Below, piece after piece: positions 39,418 through 49,029 of a DNA stretch of 64,000 nt; within the stretch, counting starts at the first letter, position 1, and every line of letters starts with the position of its first letter. This stretch comes from an uncultured Nitrospiraceae bacterium. Its GTDB lineage: Bacteria > Nitrospirota > Thermodesulfovibrionia > Thermodesulfovibrionales > UBA6898. The notes beneath the pieces were generated by a model. The model was not told where the DNA came from. It searched no databases and was given only the letters and a program-made list of their open reading frames with translations. The position numbers were made by a program, and so were the translations under genes. The stretch covers positions 960,001 through 1,024,000 of the forward strand of contig CAWEQH010000010.1 in assembly GCA_963811165.1 (NCBI GenBank). Reading direction: 5' to 3'.

Positions 39418-42400
39418 TCATAAGGGGACATTGAATTCGAGCTGCCGTTCTCCGAAAAGGAATCTTTTCCTCTTCACCTTTATGTGCGCCGACTCATAGG
39501 GCTTCTTGTCGGAAAGGGCGATCCTGACATCGTCGGTCGTCTCTATTTTCCAATCATCTACCGATATAATCGCATCCCCTTTTGTCAGCCCTGCTTTTGC
39601 TGCTGCGCTATCACGAGAGAAGTCTTCGATGACCACCCCGTCATCCCTTTTTTGAAGAATGACCCCAAGCTTTGCGCTGAACGGGGGACTAAGGGGGTTT
39701 GAAAAAACAACATAGTTTCCGATGCCCCCATCGAAGTCACCGTTGATGATCGTGGCATATTCCCGACCGGTAAGCCTCTTTAGTCTCTGAGGTATCCCCG
39801 AATCGTACATGACGTGTTCCTGTCCCGCAAACACTACAAGCTGGTACCCCGGCTTTTCCTTCAGAAAATCCGCCGCAGAATGGGCCATTGTCTCGTCCCA
39901 GAGTATCTGCGACTGATAAAAATTATCGAATGTTGTCCCGGGGGGATGGTCTTCGAATACAGCCCGTAACCTCGTCCTGTAAGCGGCGTCGGACATGTCC
40001 ATGTCCTGAGGTATCTCCTTCCTCTCCTCCTCCGAAAGGGCATCGATTCCCCCGGCGGACACTTTGTCAATGATCTCCGTCCTGAGGTTAAGTGCCACAA
40101 CAGGAATTCCCTTCGCCTTCGCAAACTCAAGTATCTCCCTGTAGAGGTGATAATCAAAGCCCCATCTTCTGAAGTATTCGGACCTCTTCAGGAACTCCTT
40201 CTCGCCGATCGCACCGGAGAGGTATTCGTCCATCACTTTCTGGAAAGGACGCTGAAACATCTCCATTCCTACGGCGAATTTTCTGCCCTTTTTGTGCAGA
40301 TTCATGATGACAGCGAGTTCCACTTTATGGTCCTCGTAATTCGCGTGTCGTTCCCCGACGAATATTACCGGCTCGTAGGAGATATTGTCGATAATCTTGT
40401 CAAGAGCAAGTGATTTCTCCGGCGCCACCCCTTCCACTGGTTCCACAAGATTGAATCTCATGCCGCGGTCTGTTTCCGCGGTCTCCTTTGACACGTTCAC
40501 CCCCTTTTCGAACCGTATGGTTGTGTATTTTCCGTAATGGAAGATTTTTCTCACGGCAAGGCTTACCTCCTCCCGGGAGTCACTGTTTGCATAGGCCACG
40601 ACCCTTGCGGTATTCAGGGGATTATTTCTCACTGTAAGTACAAAGCCTGGTCCCGGCTTCTTCACCCCTCCGAAGAGTCTCTTGAGCACCGGGCTTTCAT
40701 GTCCCAGGACAAAGAGGGAAGAAGTCCGGATATCCTCGTCCTTAAGATCAGTTACTTCCTTTGCCGCAAACCCCTCATCCTTGAAAATTTCGATCAAATC
40801 CCCGTATATGCCTTTTTCTTTTTCTGAATAGACAATCAATCTTTTTTCATCTCCAAGGAGCCTTGAAATGACCGGGGGATATTCGCTTTCCTCAAGTCTC
40901 CTCATGACATCATAGTTTCCGTCAAGGATCAAGGTACGCGGATCGTCACCGGAGGCAATATCGAAATACTGTCTCTCTTTTTCTGCGTCGATGATCTGAT
41001 CTGTCCCTTTTTCCCTTCCGCCGACAATGTGCAAGGGGATCTTCAGCTTATATGTTTCTTTTTTTTGAAGAAGCCTGAACGAAACGGCAGGCGCCCCATT
41101 TAGAATCGACGTCCCGGCATCCTCGACCTGGAGGGAGGGGATCCCTCCCCGGTCGAGCCACTGGTTGAAAAACCATCCCAGGTCCCTTCCATACGTTTCT
41201 TCAAAAGATCCTCTGATGTCTTCCCATGTCGCGTCACGAAATTTGTTTTTCCCAATGAGCTTTCTCAGTGACCCGTAGAACGTTTCCTCTCCTACAAGCT
41301 TCCGGAGCATATGAAAGAGCATCGCACCTTTTCCGTAACCGATCGCCATCGATGCAAAACCCGTCCTTCCCGAAAAAGCCCTCAGCGGAAATTCTTTTTC
41401 GGGGGTGACGTAGCTCTGGTAGTCGGCAAGGATCTTCTTTCTGTATTCCCATCCCTTGCCTTTCTGCTCCTCGTAAAGGTGGTCCGAGAGATAGGTAGTG
41501 ATCCCTTCGAGCCAGTTGCCCTTGGCAAAGTCCGCGTACACATAGTTGCCGAACCACTGATGGGTGATCTCATGTCCCAGGGAAGTTTGCACGATGAAAG
41601 GAAGGCGGACCACTTCGCGGCCCAGGAGCGTGAAGGTCGGCATCGAATATCCGGTGGGCAGAAAGTTCTCGACAACGGAGAACCTTTTGTACGGGTAGGG
41701 AACCAAAAGCCTATTGTACATCTCAAAATACTTTTTGCTGTATTCGATGTAGGTTTCGGCAAGCGAAATGTCTTCAGGAAAAAAGTATGCATAGATGTCT
41801 ATGCCGTCGATAGTGCCTTTTGCTTCCCTGTACTTACCGGCGACGAAATCTACTCCGTTGAGCGGATGGGGGAACGAGAATGTATATTCCCCGCCCGTGG
41901 ATGTTTCTTTGTGCATAATTTCATCCGCCTCGGATATCGCAGTGAAGCCGGCAGGTACCAGCGCGGTGAGCCTGTAATAAAGAGGCCCTTTTAATGAGGG
42001 GTACCAGCTGCCGGTGAGGGATATCCCCTCCGGGCTGATCACGTCTCCCTGAACGACGCCGGCATTCTCAAGGTTTTCAGTCCTCCGCCGGCCTCCGCTA
42101 AAGATACCCATATATGTTATTACCAGCTTGCCTTTGCCGGATGCCTTTATTACACCTTCCTTTTTGTCGTACTCAACCGTATGGCCGTTCAGACCCGCGG
42201 ACATAATAGCGAGATTGCCTGTCGATACAACGATGTCCGTTAATTCAGGGAATACAATCTCAGCGGTGCCCTTAAGTGAGTTTGCCTGCAGATCGAATGA
42301 GATATAGAGATTATAGGTTGGGGTCAATCTCTTTTGGTCTTCCGCGAACCCCGGACGTGTCATGATTGTCATGACCGCAGCCAGTGAAAGAAAAAAGAGT

Positions 42401-42423
42401 TTCATGCTATTTCTTGTTATCAT
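39418..42423 (-). CDS. Exported M1-type metallopeptidase / ChaN-like / PDZ fusion
   Basis: Signal peptide; HEITH...WLEG and YGKG; FVGERH, GMEMF, WDETMA, AGQEHV (ChaN/EreA-like); C-terminal PDZ (AGLTKGD). Confidence 0.82.
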   Translation of the reverse strand: MITRNSMKLFFLSLAAVMTIMTRPGFAEDQKRLTPTYNLYISFDLQANSLKGTAEIVFPELTDIVVSTGNLAIMSAGLNGHTVEYDKKEGVIKASGKGKLVITYMGIFSGGRRRTENLENAGVVQGDVISPEGISLTGSWYPSLKGPLYYRLTALVPAGFTAISEADEIMHKETSTGGEYTFSFPHPLNGVDFVAGKYREAKGTIDGIDIYAYFFPEDISLAETYIEYSKKYFEMYNRLLVPYPYKRFSVVENFLPTGYSMPTFTLLGREVVRLPFIVQTSLGHEITHQWFGNYVYADFAKGNWLEGITTYLSDHLYEEQKGKGWEYRKKILADYQSYVTPEKEFPLRAFSGRTGFASMAIGYGKGAMLFHMLRKLVGEETFYGSLRKLIGKNKFRDATWEDIRGSFEETYGRDLGWFFNQWLDRGGIPSLQVEDAGTSILNGAPAVSFRLLQKKETYKLKIPLHIVGGREKGTDQIIDAEKERQYFDIASGDDPRTLILDGNYDVMRRLEESEYPPVISRLLGDEKRLIVYSEKEKGIYGDLIEIFKDEGFAAKEVTDLKDEDIRTSSLFVLGHESPVLKRLFGGVKKPGPGFVLTVRNNPLNTARVVAYANSDSREEVSLAVRKIFHYGKYTTIRFEKGVNVSKETAETDRGMRFNLVEPVEGVAPEKSLALDKIIDNISYEPVIFVGERHANYEDHKVELAVIMNLHKKGRKFAVGMEMFQRPFQKVMDEYLSGAIGEKEFLKRSEYFRRWGFDYHLYREILEFAKAKGIPVVALNLRTEIIDKVSAGGIDALSEEERKEIPQDMDMSDAAYRTRLRAVFEDHPPGTTFDNFYQSQILWDETMAHSAADFLKEKPGYQLVVFAGQEHVMYDSGIPQRLKRLTGREYATIINGDFDGGIGNYVVFSNPLSPPFSAKLGVILQKRDDGVVIEDFSRDSAAAKAGLTKGDAIISVDDWKIETTDDVRIALSDKKPYESAHIKVKRKRFLFGERQLEFNVPL

Positions 42424-42584
42424 GTTCCGCTCCTCTCGGACAAAAAGACTTCCTTCGCGTCTTTATTTTTAAATTCTATGTCAGATTATGGCCTGACGCA
42501 ATGAAGGCGGGCTTGCAGATGATTCATTTTCGTGATAAATGGTAGATATACTTCAAAAAGTCGGGAAGTCATAAGGAGGCTGTC

Positions 42585-43634
42585 ATGAACATTACGGTAT
42601 TCAAAGAGAGAGGGATACGGTCTTTCACGCTTTTGATACTTTTGCTCGTAATCCCGTTGGCCGCATTCGCCGCTGACGACGGGGCACTGATAAAGAGGGC
42701 TTCGCAGATACTCGGTCCTTTGCCGGCATCTATGCCGTCGGAGGAAAACCCGATTACCCCTGAAAAGGTAAAACTCGGGAAGGTCCTCTTTTATGAACAG
42801 AGGATTTCCGTAGACGAAACCGTGAGTTGTTCGAAGTGTCATCCCCTCGCACTTTATGCGGCCGACGGCCTCAGAAAGTCGGTCGGGCACAACTGTAAGG
42901 AAAACCCCAGAAACGACCCCACTGTCTTTAATGCGGCAAGTCAGATATCCGAGCACTGGATAGGAAACAGGACGAGTGTCGAAGACCAGGCAAAACAGGC
43001 CGTCACGGGGCCTCCGGCGTTCGGTATGCCCTCTTATGAGTCGGTAGAAAAGATACTCAGGGCATATAAAGAGTACGAAACCATGTTTAAGGCCGCATTC
43101 CCCTCCGACAAAGAGCCGGTAACCATCGACAACTTTGCGAAGGCCATCGGCGCTTTTGAGAGGACATTGATTACCCCCGCTCCTTTCGATACATTCCTCA
43201 AAGGGGACCAAAATGCATTGACGGAACAACAAAAAAAGGGACTCGGGATGTTTATGGATCAGGGATGCGTAGGTTGTCATTTCAGTCCTTATGCGGGTGG
43301 ACAGATGTACCAGAAGTTCGGGCTTTTCGAGCCGTATCAGAAATACACGAAGAGCCAAAATGTGGATGAGGGAAGATACGCTGTCACGAAGAAAGAGAGC
43401 GATAAATATGTCTTTAAAGTTCCCGTCCTCAGAAACGTGGCGATGACGCCTCCTTATTTCCATGACGGCTCGGTCGACAAACTGGCGGACGCGGTCTGGA
43501 TCATGGGGAAGATCCAGTTAGGCAAGGACCTTCCAAAAGATCAGGTTCAGGACATTGTCGCCTTTCTGCACGCGCTGACAGGGAAGATTCCCGAGGACGT
43601 TATGACCGTTCCGGTGTTGCCTTCGCTTGAGTAG
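42585..43634 (+). CDS. Di-heme cytochrome c peroxidase (CcpA/MauG family)
   Basis: Signal peptide; CSKCH, CVGCH; PTVFN, FKVPVLRNV, PYFHDG. Confidence 0.93.
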   Translation: MNITVFKERGIRSFTLLILLLVIPLAAFAADDGALIKRASQILGPLPASMPSEENPITPEKVKLGKVLFYEQRISVDETVSCSKCHPLALYAADGLRKSVGHNCKENPRNDPTVFNAASQISEHWIGNRTSVEDQAKQAVTGPPAFGMPSYESVEKILRAYKEYETMFKAAFPSDKEPVTIDNFAKAIGAFERTLITPAPFDTFLKGDQNALTEQQKKGLGMFMDQGCVGCHFSPYAGGQMYQKFGLFEPYQKYTKSQNVDEGRYAVTKKESDKYVFKVPVLRNVAMTPPYFHDGSVDKLADAVWIMGKIQLGKDLPKDQVQDIVAFLHALTGKIPEDVMTVPVLPSLE

Positions 43635-43741
43635 TGTAAAGTGAGCGCCTTGGTCGACAAACTAAGTGGCAGATAAGCTGATTAAGTAAGGGGAGTAAGA
43701 GATAGCAGCGCAAATCATTTTTTCGGCCCTGGGCAAAAGGA

Positions 43742-45103
43742 CTAACGCTCCGGCCCCTCCGAGGCCATGCCGGCTTCCGCCAGGTCGCCTACTACAATCA
43801 AGGTATAGTCTTCCGGGTGCAGATAGGTCGCCGCTACCCTTCGGACATCATACCGACCCACCGATCTTATCAGGGTAGGGTATAATTCCGGATAATCGAG
43901 CCCGAGTCCGTAATACTCCTCCTGAACCATGAAATTGGCAAGCTTCGCCTGGGTATCTATCCGCAGAGGAAAACTGCCGATAAGATATTTTTTTGCCCCT
44001 TCCAGTTCCTTATCTGAAACCAGCTCTTCTTTAATTCTCTTCATTTGTTGCAGTACCAGAGAGATCGCTTCCCGGGCAGATGAATTTTTTGTCTGAAGGA
44101 CCACCTGAAAGGAGCCCGGATACTTTCCCGGGTCAAAGAAACTCGTCACTGAATAAGCAAGCCCCCTCTTATCGCGGACCTCTTCGAGCAGTCTGGATGC
44201 AAAACCTCCCCCGCCAAGGATATAATTCATTACGCTCAGTGCATAGAAGTCGATATTTTCCCTGTTTATCCCCGGGTTGCCCAGAATGATATTTGCCTGG
44301 GTGATCTTCCGGTCGATCTTGATCGTTACAGGCCCTTTGGAAAAGACAGTTTTGACGGGAACCTTTGGAATTTCGCCAACGGGCAATTTTTCCAATAACG
44401 GGATGAGTTTTGTCTTCACTTCTTCGGCAGTAATATCTCCGACTACGGCGAGGATGCAGTTATTTGGGTGATAGTATGTCTCATAAAACGTGAGGACCCC
44501 CTCCCTCGTGATTCTCGGAAGCGAGTCCTTTGTCCCTATTGCTGGATACCGGTAAGGGCCGGAAAGAAAAAGCGTCTTGAGAAACTCCTTTTCTGCAATT
44601 TCTCCCGGTTGGTCCTCCTGCGACTGTATGAGGGCCAGCGTCTTTTCCACTTCCTGTTTAACTTCTTTCTCCGGGAAGGTCGGTTTCGCTAGCACCTCCA
44701 TGAAAAGCGAGAGCCCCTTATCCAGATCTTTCCTCAGAACACGAAGACTCAATGTGGTATAGTCCCTTCCAGAGGATGAGTCGAGGGATGCTCCAAGAAA
44801 ATCCAGTTCTTCGCTAAGCGCAGAAGCAGTGTGTGCGGACGTGCCGAGAAGAATTCCCCGGGCGGTAAGATGCGACAGGCCTTCCATCCCGGAAGGGTCT
44901 TTGCCGGACCCCGCGTCAATAAGGAGTTGCAGGGTCACAAAGGGGAGGGAATGGTCCTCGCTGTGGAGCAGTACCAGTCGATTTGAAAGGACGGTCTTTT
45001 CAACGGATGGCGCCGCATAAAGAGTACTTTCACGCATGAAAAACGAAAAAATTAATACCGTAACTGCCATGAGGACCTGCTTCCGCATGTTTCGCACCAT
45101 CAT
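43742..45103 (-). CDS. M16 peptidase, non-catalytic subunit
   Basis: LSNRLV, RLLEEVRDKRGLAY; HxxEH absent. Confidence 0.88.
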   Translation of the reverse strand: MMVRNMRKQVLMAVTVLIFSFFMRESTLYAAPSVEKTVLSNRLVLLHSEDHSLPFVTLQLLIDAGSGKDPSGMEGLSHLTARGILLGTSAHTASALSEELDFLGASLDSSSGRDYTTLSLRVLRKDLDKGLSLFMEVLAKPTFPEKEVKQEVEKTLALIQSQEDQPGEIAEKEFLKTLFLSGPYRYPAIGTKDSLPRITREGVLTFYETYYHPNNCILAVVGDITAEEVKTKLIPLLEKLPVGEIPKVPVKTVFSKGPVTIKIDRKITQANIILGNPGINRENIDFYALSVMNYILGGGGFASRLLEEVRDKRGLAYSVTSFFDPGKYPGSFQVVLQTKNSSAREAISLVLQQMKRIKEELVSDKELEGAKKYLIGSFPLRIDTQAKLANFMVQEEYYGLGLDYPELYPTLIRSVGRYDVRRVAATYLHPEDYTLIVVGDLAEAGMASEGPER

Positions 45104-45110
45104 GCCTCCT

Positions 45111-46490
45111 CTACCTTATTGCCCGTCCATTGACCGTGTTTGCCGCCGGAGGGGGCTTCCCCTTCCCGATCGGAAGCGGAATGAGTATTCCTGCTGTCCG
45201 GTTGTCCGGAGTAAGATAACGGGTTGCCACTCGCATAAGGTCTTCCGGAGTAACTTTCCTTATGGAGGGGATGTAATCGTCGATGGACCTCCAATCCAAG
45301 GCGATCTCGTACCTCGCCAGCAGCATGGCCTGATAAAAGAGTGAATCCTGTCCGTATATGAAGGCGGATTCCAGTTGGTTTTTCGCCTTTTCGAGTTCGT
45401 GCTTCCCGATCTGCTCTTTTTGCATGCGCCCGATCTCCTGATTTAATGCCTTTTCTACTTCACCTATATCTTTACCCGGAAGAGGCTCCACAGTGAGATA
45501 AAAAAGGCCTGGATCTCTTGAGACGAGGGGATAATCCGTATCGGCACTCAGCGCCAGCCGCTTTTCCCGGACGAGGCCTTTATAGAGTCTCGAACTTTTG
45601 CCGCTTGAGAGGACCGCCGAAAGAACTTCGAGAGCATAACTGTCAGAGCCCCGCAGGTTGGGTACGTGATATGCCATTGCAAGGAACGGAAGTTGTGCCT
45701 CCTTTTTCACCAGAATCCTTCTCTCCCCATCCTGGGACTGCTCCACGTCTTTATTCTGATCAGGGGCCTCCCCTTTGGGAATTGAGGCAAATGCCTTCTC
45801 AATCAGGGGAATAATTTCCTCTTTCTTAAAGTCCCCCACCACAACGACAAAGGCGTTGACCGGGTTGTAGTAAGTCCCATAATATGCCTTCAGGTCCTCA
45901 AGGGTAAACCGCCTGATATCCGCCATCCATCCTATGGTAGGCCAGTGGTATGGCTGGATCTGAAATGCGGTTGCCTCTACCTGTTCAAAAAGACAGGCCT
46001 TTGGATTATCATCTGTCCTGAGTCTCCGTTCTTCCATCACGACCTGCCGCTCGGTAAGGAAATCGTTTTCCCTGAGGATGAGATTCTGCATCCGGTCCGA
46101 CTCGAGTCCTATAGGTATTCGTACACGGTCAGCGCTGATAGTTTCAAAGTATGCGGTATTGTCGGTGGAAGTGAAGGCATTGTCATTCCCTCCGTTTTCC
46201 TGAATGATTCGGGAGAATTCTTCAGGGGGGACGCTTTTTGTTCCCTTAAACATCATATGTTCAAGCATATGAGAAAGACCCGTTTTTCCCCAGCCCTCAT
46301 TTCGCGAGCCCACCCGGTACCATACCTGAAACGTGACCACAGGTGCTTTGTGATTTTCCAGGAGGAGCACCTTCAGGCCATTGGGAAGGACCTTCTCGTA
46401 AACGCTCTCCCTCATCAGTGCCTCCGCAGACGGGTACAGAAGAAGGGAATACAGCATTAATGAGAGAATCCCTGCTTTGACCGGTCTCAT
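45111..46490 (-). CDS. M16 zinc peptidase, catalytic subunit
   Basis: LPNGL, HMLEH, NAFT, EERR. Confidence 0.92.
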   Translation of the reverse strand: MRPVKAGILSLMLYSLLLYPSAEALMRESVYEKVLPNGLKVLLLENHKAPVVTFQVWYRVGSRNEGWGKTGLSHMLEHMMFKGTKSVPPEEFSRIIQENGGNDNAFTSTDNTAYFETISADRVRIPIGLESDRMQNLILRENDFLTERQVVMEERRLRTDDNPKACLFEQVEATAFQIQPYHWPTIGWMADIRRFTLEDLKAYYGTYYNPVNAFVVVVGDFKKEEIIPLIEKAFASIPKGEAPDQNKDVEQSQDGERRILVKKEAQLPFLAMAYHVPNLRGSDSYALEVLSAVLSSGKSSRLYKGLVREKRLALSADTDYPLVSRDPGLFYLTVEPLPGKDIGEVEKALNQEIGRMQKEQIGKHELEKAKNQLESAFIYGQDSLFYQAMLLARYEIALDWRSIDDYIPSIRKVTPEDLMRVATRYLTPDNRTAGILIPLPIGKGKPPPAANTVNGRAIR

Positions 46491-46491
46491 T

Positions 46492-47964
46492 TCACTGCCC
46501 GGGCCCCTCAGATTGTTTTATCGTGACATATATATGCCCGCCATTTCGGAACAGCAAAAGGAGAACCGTATCAGAGGGTCTGATTTTAGAGACGATTACT
46601 TCATACTCTTTTATATCTTTCACCGGTTTGCGGTCCACTTCCTCAATAACATCATTCTTTGCAACAAGGCCATACGAAGGACTTTCCTCACTGACATCGA
46701 CAACAACAACACCTTCCACATCTGCCGGTAGGTTCAGGCCCGCCCTCAGATCCGGGGTAAGTTCCTGGACCTGCACGCCCTTTAGTACATTGTTGTGTTC
46801 CACCGCTTTGGCCATTGTCTTTACCGGCAACTCTCCAAGGGTCACGGTAAGCGTCTCTGCCCTGCCCTGTCTGATCACTTTTATCTCCACCGCTTTTCCA
46901 GGAGCAGTATTGGCCGCCATGTTCCTTAGACCCGTTGTATCCTCCACTGGTTTGCCGCCGAACTCCACAATCAGATCTCCCCGCTTCAATCCTGCTTTGC
47001 CTGCAGGACCGGTTTTTATCACGTCTGTAACAAGCACTCCTTTTTCCTCTTTCAGACCAAAAGATTTTGCGAGTTCTGGCGTGAGATTCTGTATTGTCAC
47101 CCCGAGCCAGCCGCGGATGACCTTACCATGTTTGAGAATACTTTGTGCTACCGAGTTTGCCATGTCGGAGGGTATGGCGAATCCGACACCCATGTACCCT
47201 CCGCTTGTCGAAAATATCGCCGAATTTATGCCTACCAACTCGCCATTGGCATTGACCAGTGCTCCTCCTGAGTTTCCGGGATTGATTGCCGCATCAGTTT
47301 GTATGTAGTCTTCGTAGGCTGAGATGCCGATATTGGCCCTGCCTACCGCGCTCACGATACCCATGGTTACCGTTTGATTAAGGCCAAACGGGTTGCCTAT
47401 GGCAATCACCACATCGCCCGCCTTTAACTTGCCGGACTCTCCCATCTTGATTGCCGGCAATTCCTTGGCATCGACCTTTATTACCGCAATATCCGTCTGC
47501 GGGTCGTCGCCGATTACCTTTCCCTTAAACTCCCTCTTATCGTAGAGTATTACCTTTATCTCCTCTGCGTCTTTGATCACGTGGTAATTGGTAAGGATGT
47601 AGCCGTCCGATGAAACGATCACGCCGGAGCCCAAGGCGGAAGACTTGAACTTCCTGGGCATGCCGGGGTGGTCGGAGCCGTCGCCAAAGAATTTCCTGAA
47701 GAAAGGATCATTAAAGAAATCGCCCATCGGGTGTTCCTTCATGCTTACCAAGGTGGTGGTGGATATGTTTACCACAGACGGCCTTGTCACCTCCGCAACC
47801 TCCGCCAAATAATTGCTCATTTTGTTGAGGAATTCTCGCGCCTCAGGTGATACCTCCCTGGCTAAAGCGGTCCCTTGAAAGAGAAGTGCGGCGAAGACAA
47901 GAAAACTGAACATACTAACCATAGGTGCGCTGAAAATACTTTTTCTTGAACCAAAATCTTTCAT
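46492..47964 (-). CDS. HtrA/DegP-DegQ serine protease with two PDZ domains
   Basis: ATG 47964 with AAGGAG; TNYHV, DIAV, GNSGG; two PDZ. Confidence 0.94.
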   Translation of the reverse strand: MKDFGSRKSIFSAPMVSMFSFLVFAALLFQGTALAREVSPEAREFLNKMSNYLAEVAEVTRPSVVNISTTTLVSMKEHPMGDFFNDPFFRKFFGDGSDHPGMPRKFKSSALGSGVIVSSDGYILTNYHVIKDAEEIKVILYDKREFKGKVIGDDPQTDIAVIKVDAKELPAIKMGESGKLKAGDVVIAIGNPFGLNQTVTMGIVSAVGRANIGISAYEDYIQTDAAINPGNSGGALVNANGELVGINSAIFSTSGGYMGVGFAIPSDMANSVAQSILKHGKVIRGWLGVTIQNLTPELAKSFGLKEEKGVLVTDVIKTGPAGKAGLKRGDLIVEFGGKPVEDTTGLRNMAANTAPGKAVEIKVIRQGRAETLTVTLGELPVKTMAKAVEHNNVLKGVQVQELTPDLRAGLNLPADVEGVVVVDVSEESPSYGLVAKNDVIEEVDRKPVKDIKEYEVIVSKIRPSDTVLLLLFRNGGHIYVTIKQSEGPGQ

Positions 47965-48022
47965 TATTACACTCCTTCCGGGCCGGATATCCCAAAGCGT
48001 TCCGGCGCGAGACGTCATCCTG

Positions 48023-48544
48023 TTATTGTTCGCCGTGGTGCAAGGTCACCTCAGCTGCATCGGTCCTATCCAGTATTTTGTGCGCCCGGTCCACTTCATC
48101 CGGGGTGCCATGGACTACCAGCAGATATTTATTTGCTTTGAGAAAGGTCTCGTATTTAAGCACTTTTTCCTTAGGTATGCCGAGACTGTAAAGCGCAACC
48201 CCTACGGCGCTCAACCCTCCTATAATAACTGCTCCTTCCAAGGCAGCAACGATCCAGGATACCATAGGCCCCGCCACGATCACTTGTCCGAGTCCAGGCA
48301 CAAAAAACAGCGCCGAGCCGATGAGAAATATCCATAAGCCTGACCAGAAGGCGCCGAGTCTGCCCATGTAGCCGGCCCGTTCTCCCGTATAGTAATAGCC
48401 GACCACCTGTTCTTTGTCGGCATCTTCCCGTCCGATTATGGATATTCTCTTTTCGTCAACGCCATATCTGCGGAGTTCTCCCACCGCTTTTTCCAACCTG
48501 GTATGGCTGTCGTATACTGCAACCGCTGAATTTTTCTTATCCAT
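48023..48544 (-). CDS. General stress / DUF1269-YflT-like membrane protein
   Basis: VAVYDSH, SIIGR, Gly-rich TM hairpin, SLGIPKE, LLVVHG; GGAGG RBS. Confidence 0.72.
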   Translation of the reverse strand: MDKKNSAVAVYDSHTRLEKAVGELRRYGVDEKRISIIGREDADKEQVVGYYYTGERAGYMGRLGAFWSGLWIFLIGSALFFVPGLGQVIVAGPMVSWIVAALEGAVIIGGLSAVGVALYSLGIPKEKVLKYETFLKANKYLLVVHGTPDEVDRAHKILDRTDAAEVTLHHGEQ

Positions 48545-48682
48545 CAAATCCTCCTTATGCACTGCAAGTCTCGGGCCCCTGAAAGTTTCCCGTTATCAAA
48601 ATCCCAAAGGAAAGAAATTCAGATCTTGGTCACCCTTCAAGAGTTCTTGCCCGGATACATGCCGTTCGACATGACGCCGGAG

Positions 48683-49015
48683 TTATTTGAAAGTCTTCAA
48701 AATATATTCAGCAATCGCCTTCGCGTCCTTTTCAGAGATGACCTCTTTGCCGAACTTCACCATCCCAGGTCCCGGGTTTCTCATGAGTCTGATGATGTCT
48801 TTTTCCGTTTTTACGTTATTCGCCCCCCGGTCCTGAGGATTGAGTGACTTGGTGACAGTGACTACGTTGCCTCCGCTGGGATGGCATTTGCTGCAGTGCT
48901 TCATGAACAACCCTTCGCCACGGCTTTCTTTGGAGGTCCCTTTTGCTGAAACTCCTGCAGCGGTGAAAGAATACACGACCGCAAAAAAAAGAAATAAAAG
49001 CGCAATCTTTTTCAT
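48683..49015 (-). CDS. Monoheme class I cytochrome c (c6-like)
   Basis: Signal peptide; GEGLFMKHCSKCHPSGGN; distal Met in GPGM. Confidence 0.9.
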   Translation of the reverse strand: MKKIALLFLFFAVVYSFTAAGVSAKGTSKESRGEGLFMKHCSKCHPSGGNVVTVTKSLNPQDRGANNVKTEKDIIRLMRNPGPGMVKFGKEVISEKDAKAIAEYILKTFK

Positions 49016-49029
49016 ACTTCCTCCTTCAT

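Noticed and set aside
42486..43463. 325-aa minus-strand ORF
   Set aside because: Antisense to the cytochrome c peroxidase
43466..43663. 12-bp GGTCGACAAACT present inside and just after the peroxidase gene
   Set aside because: Short, two copies only, no mobile-element context
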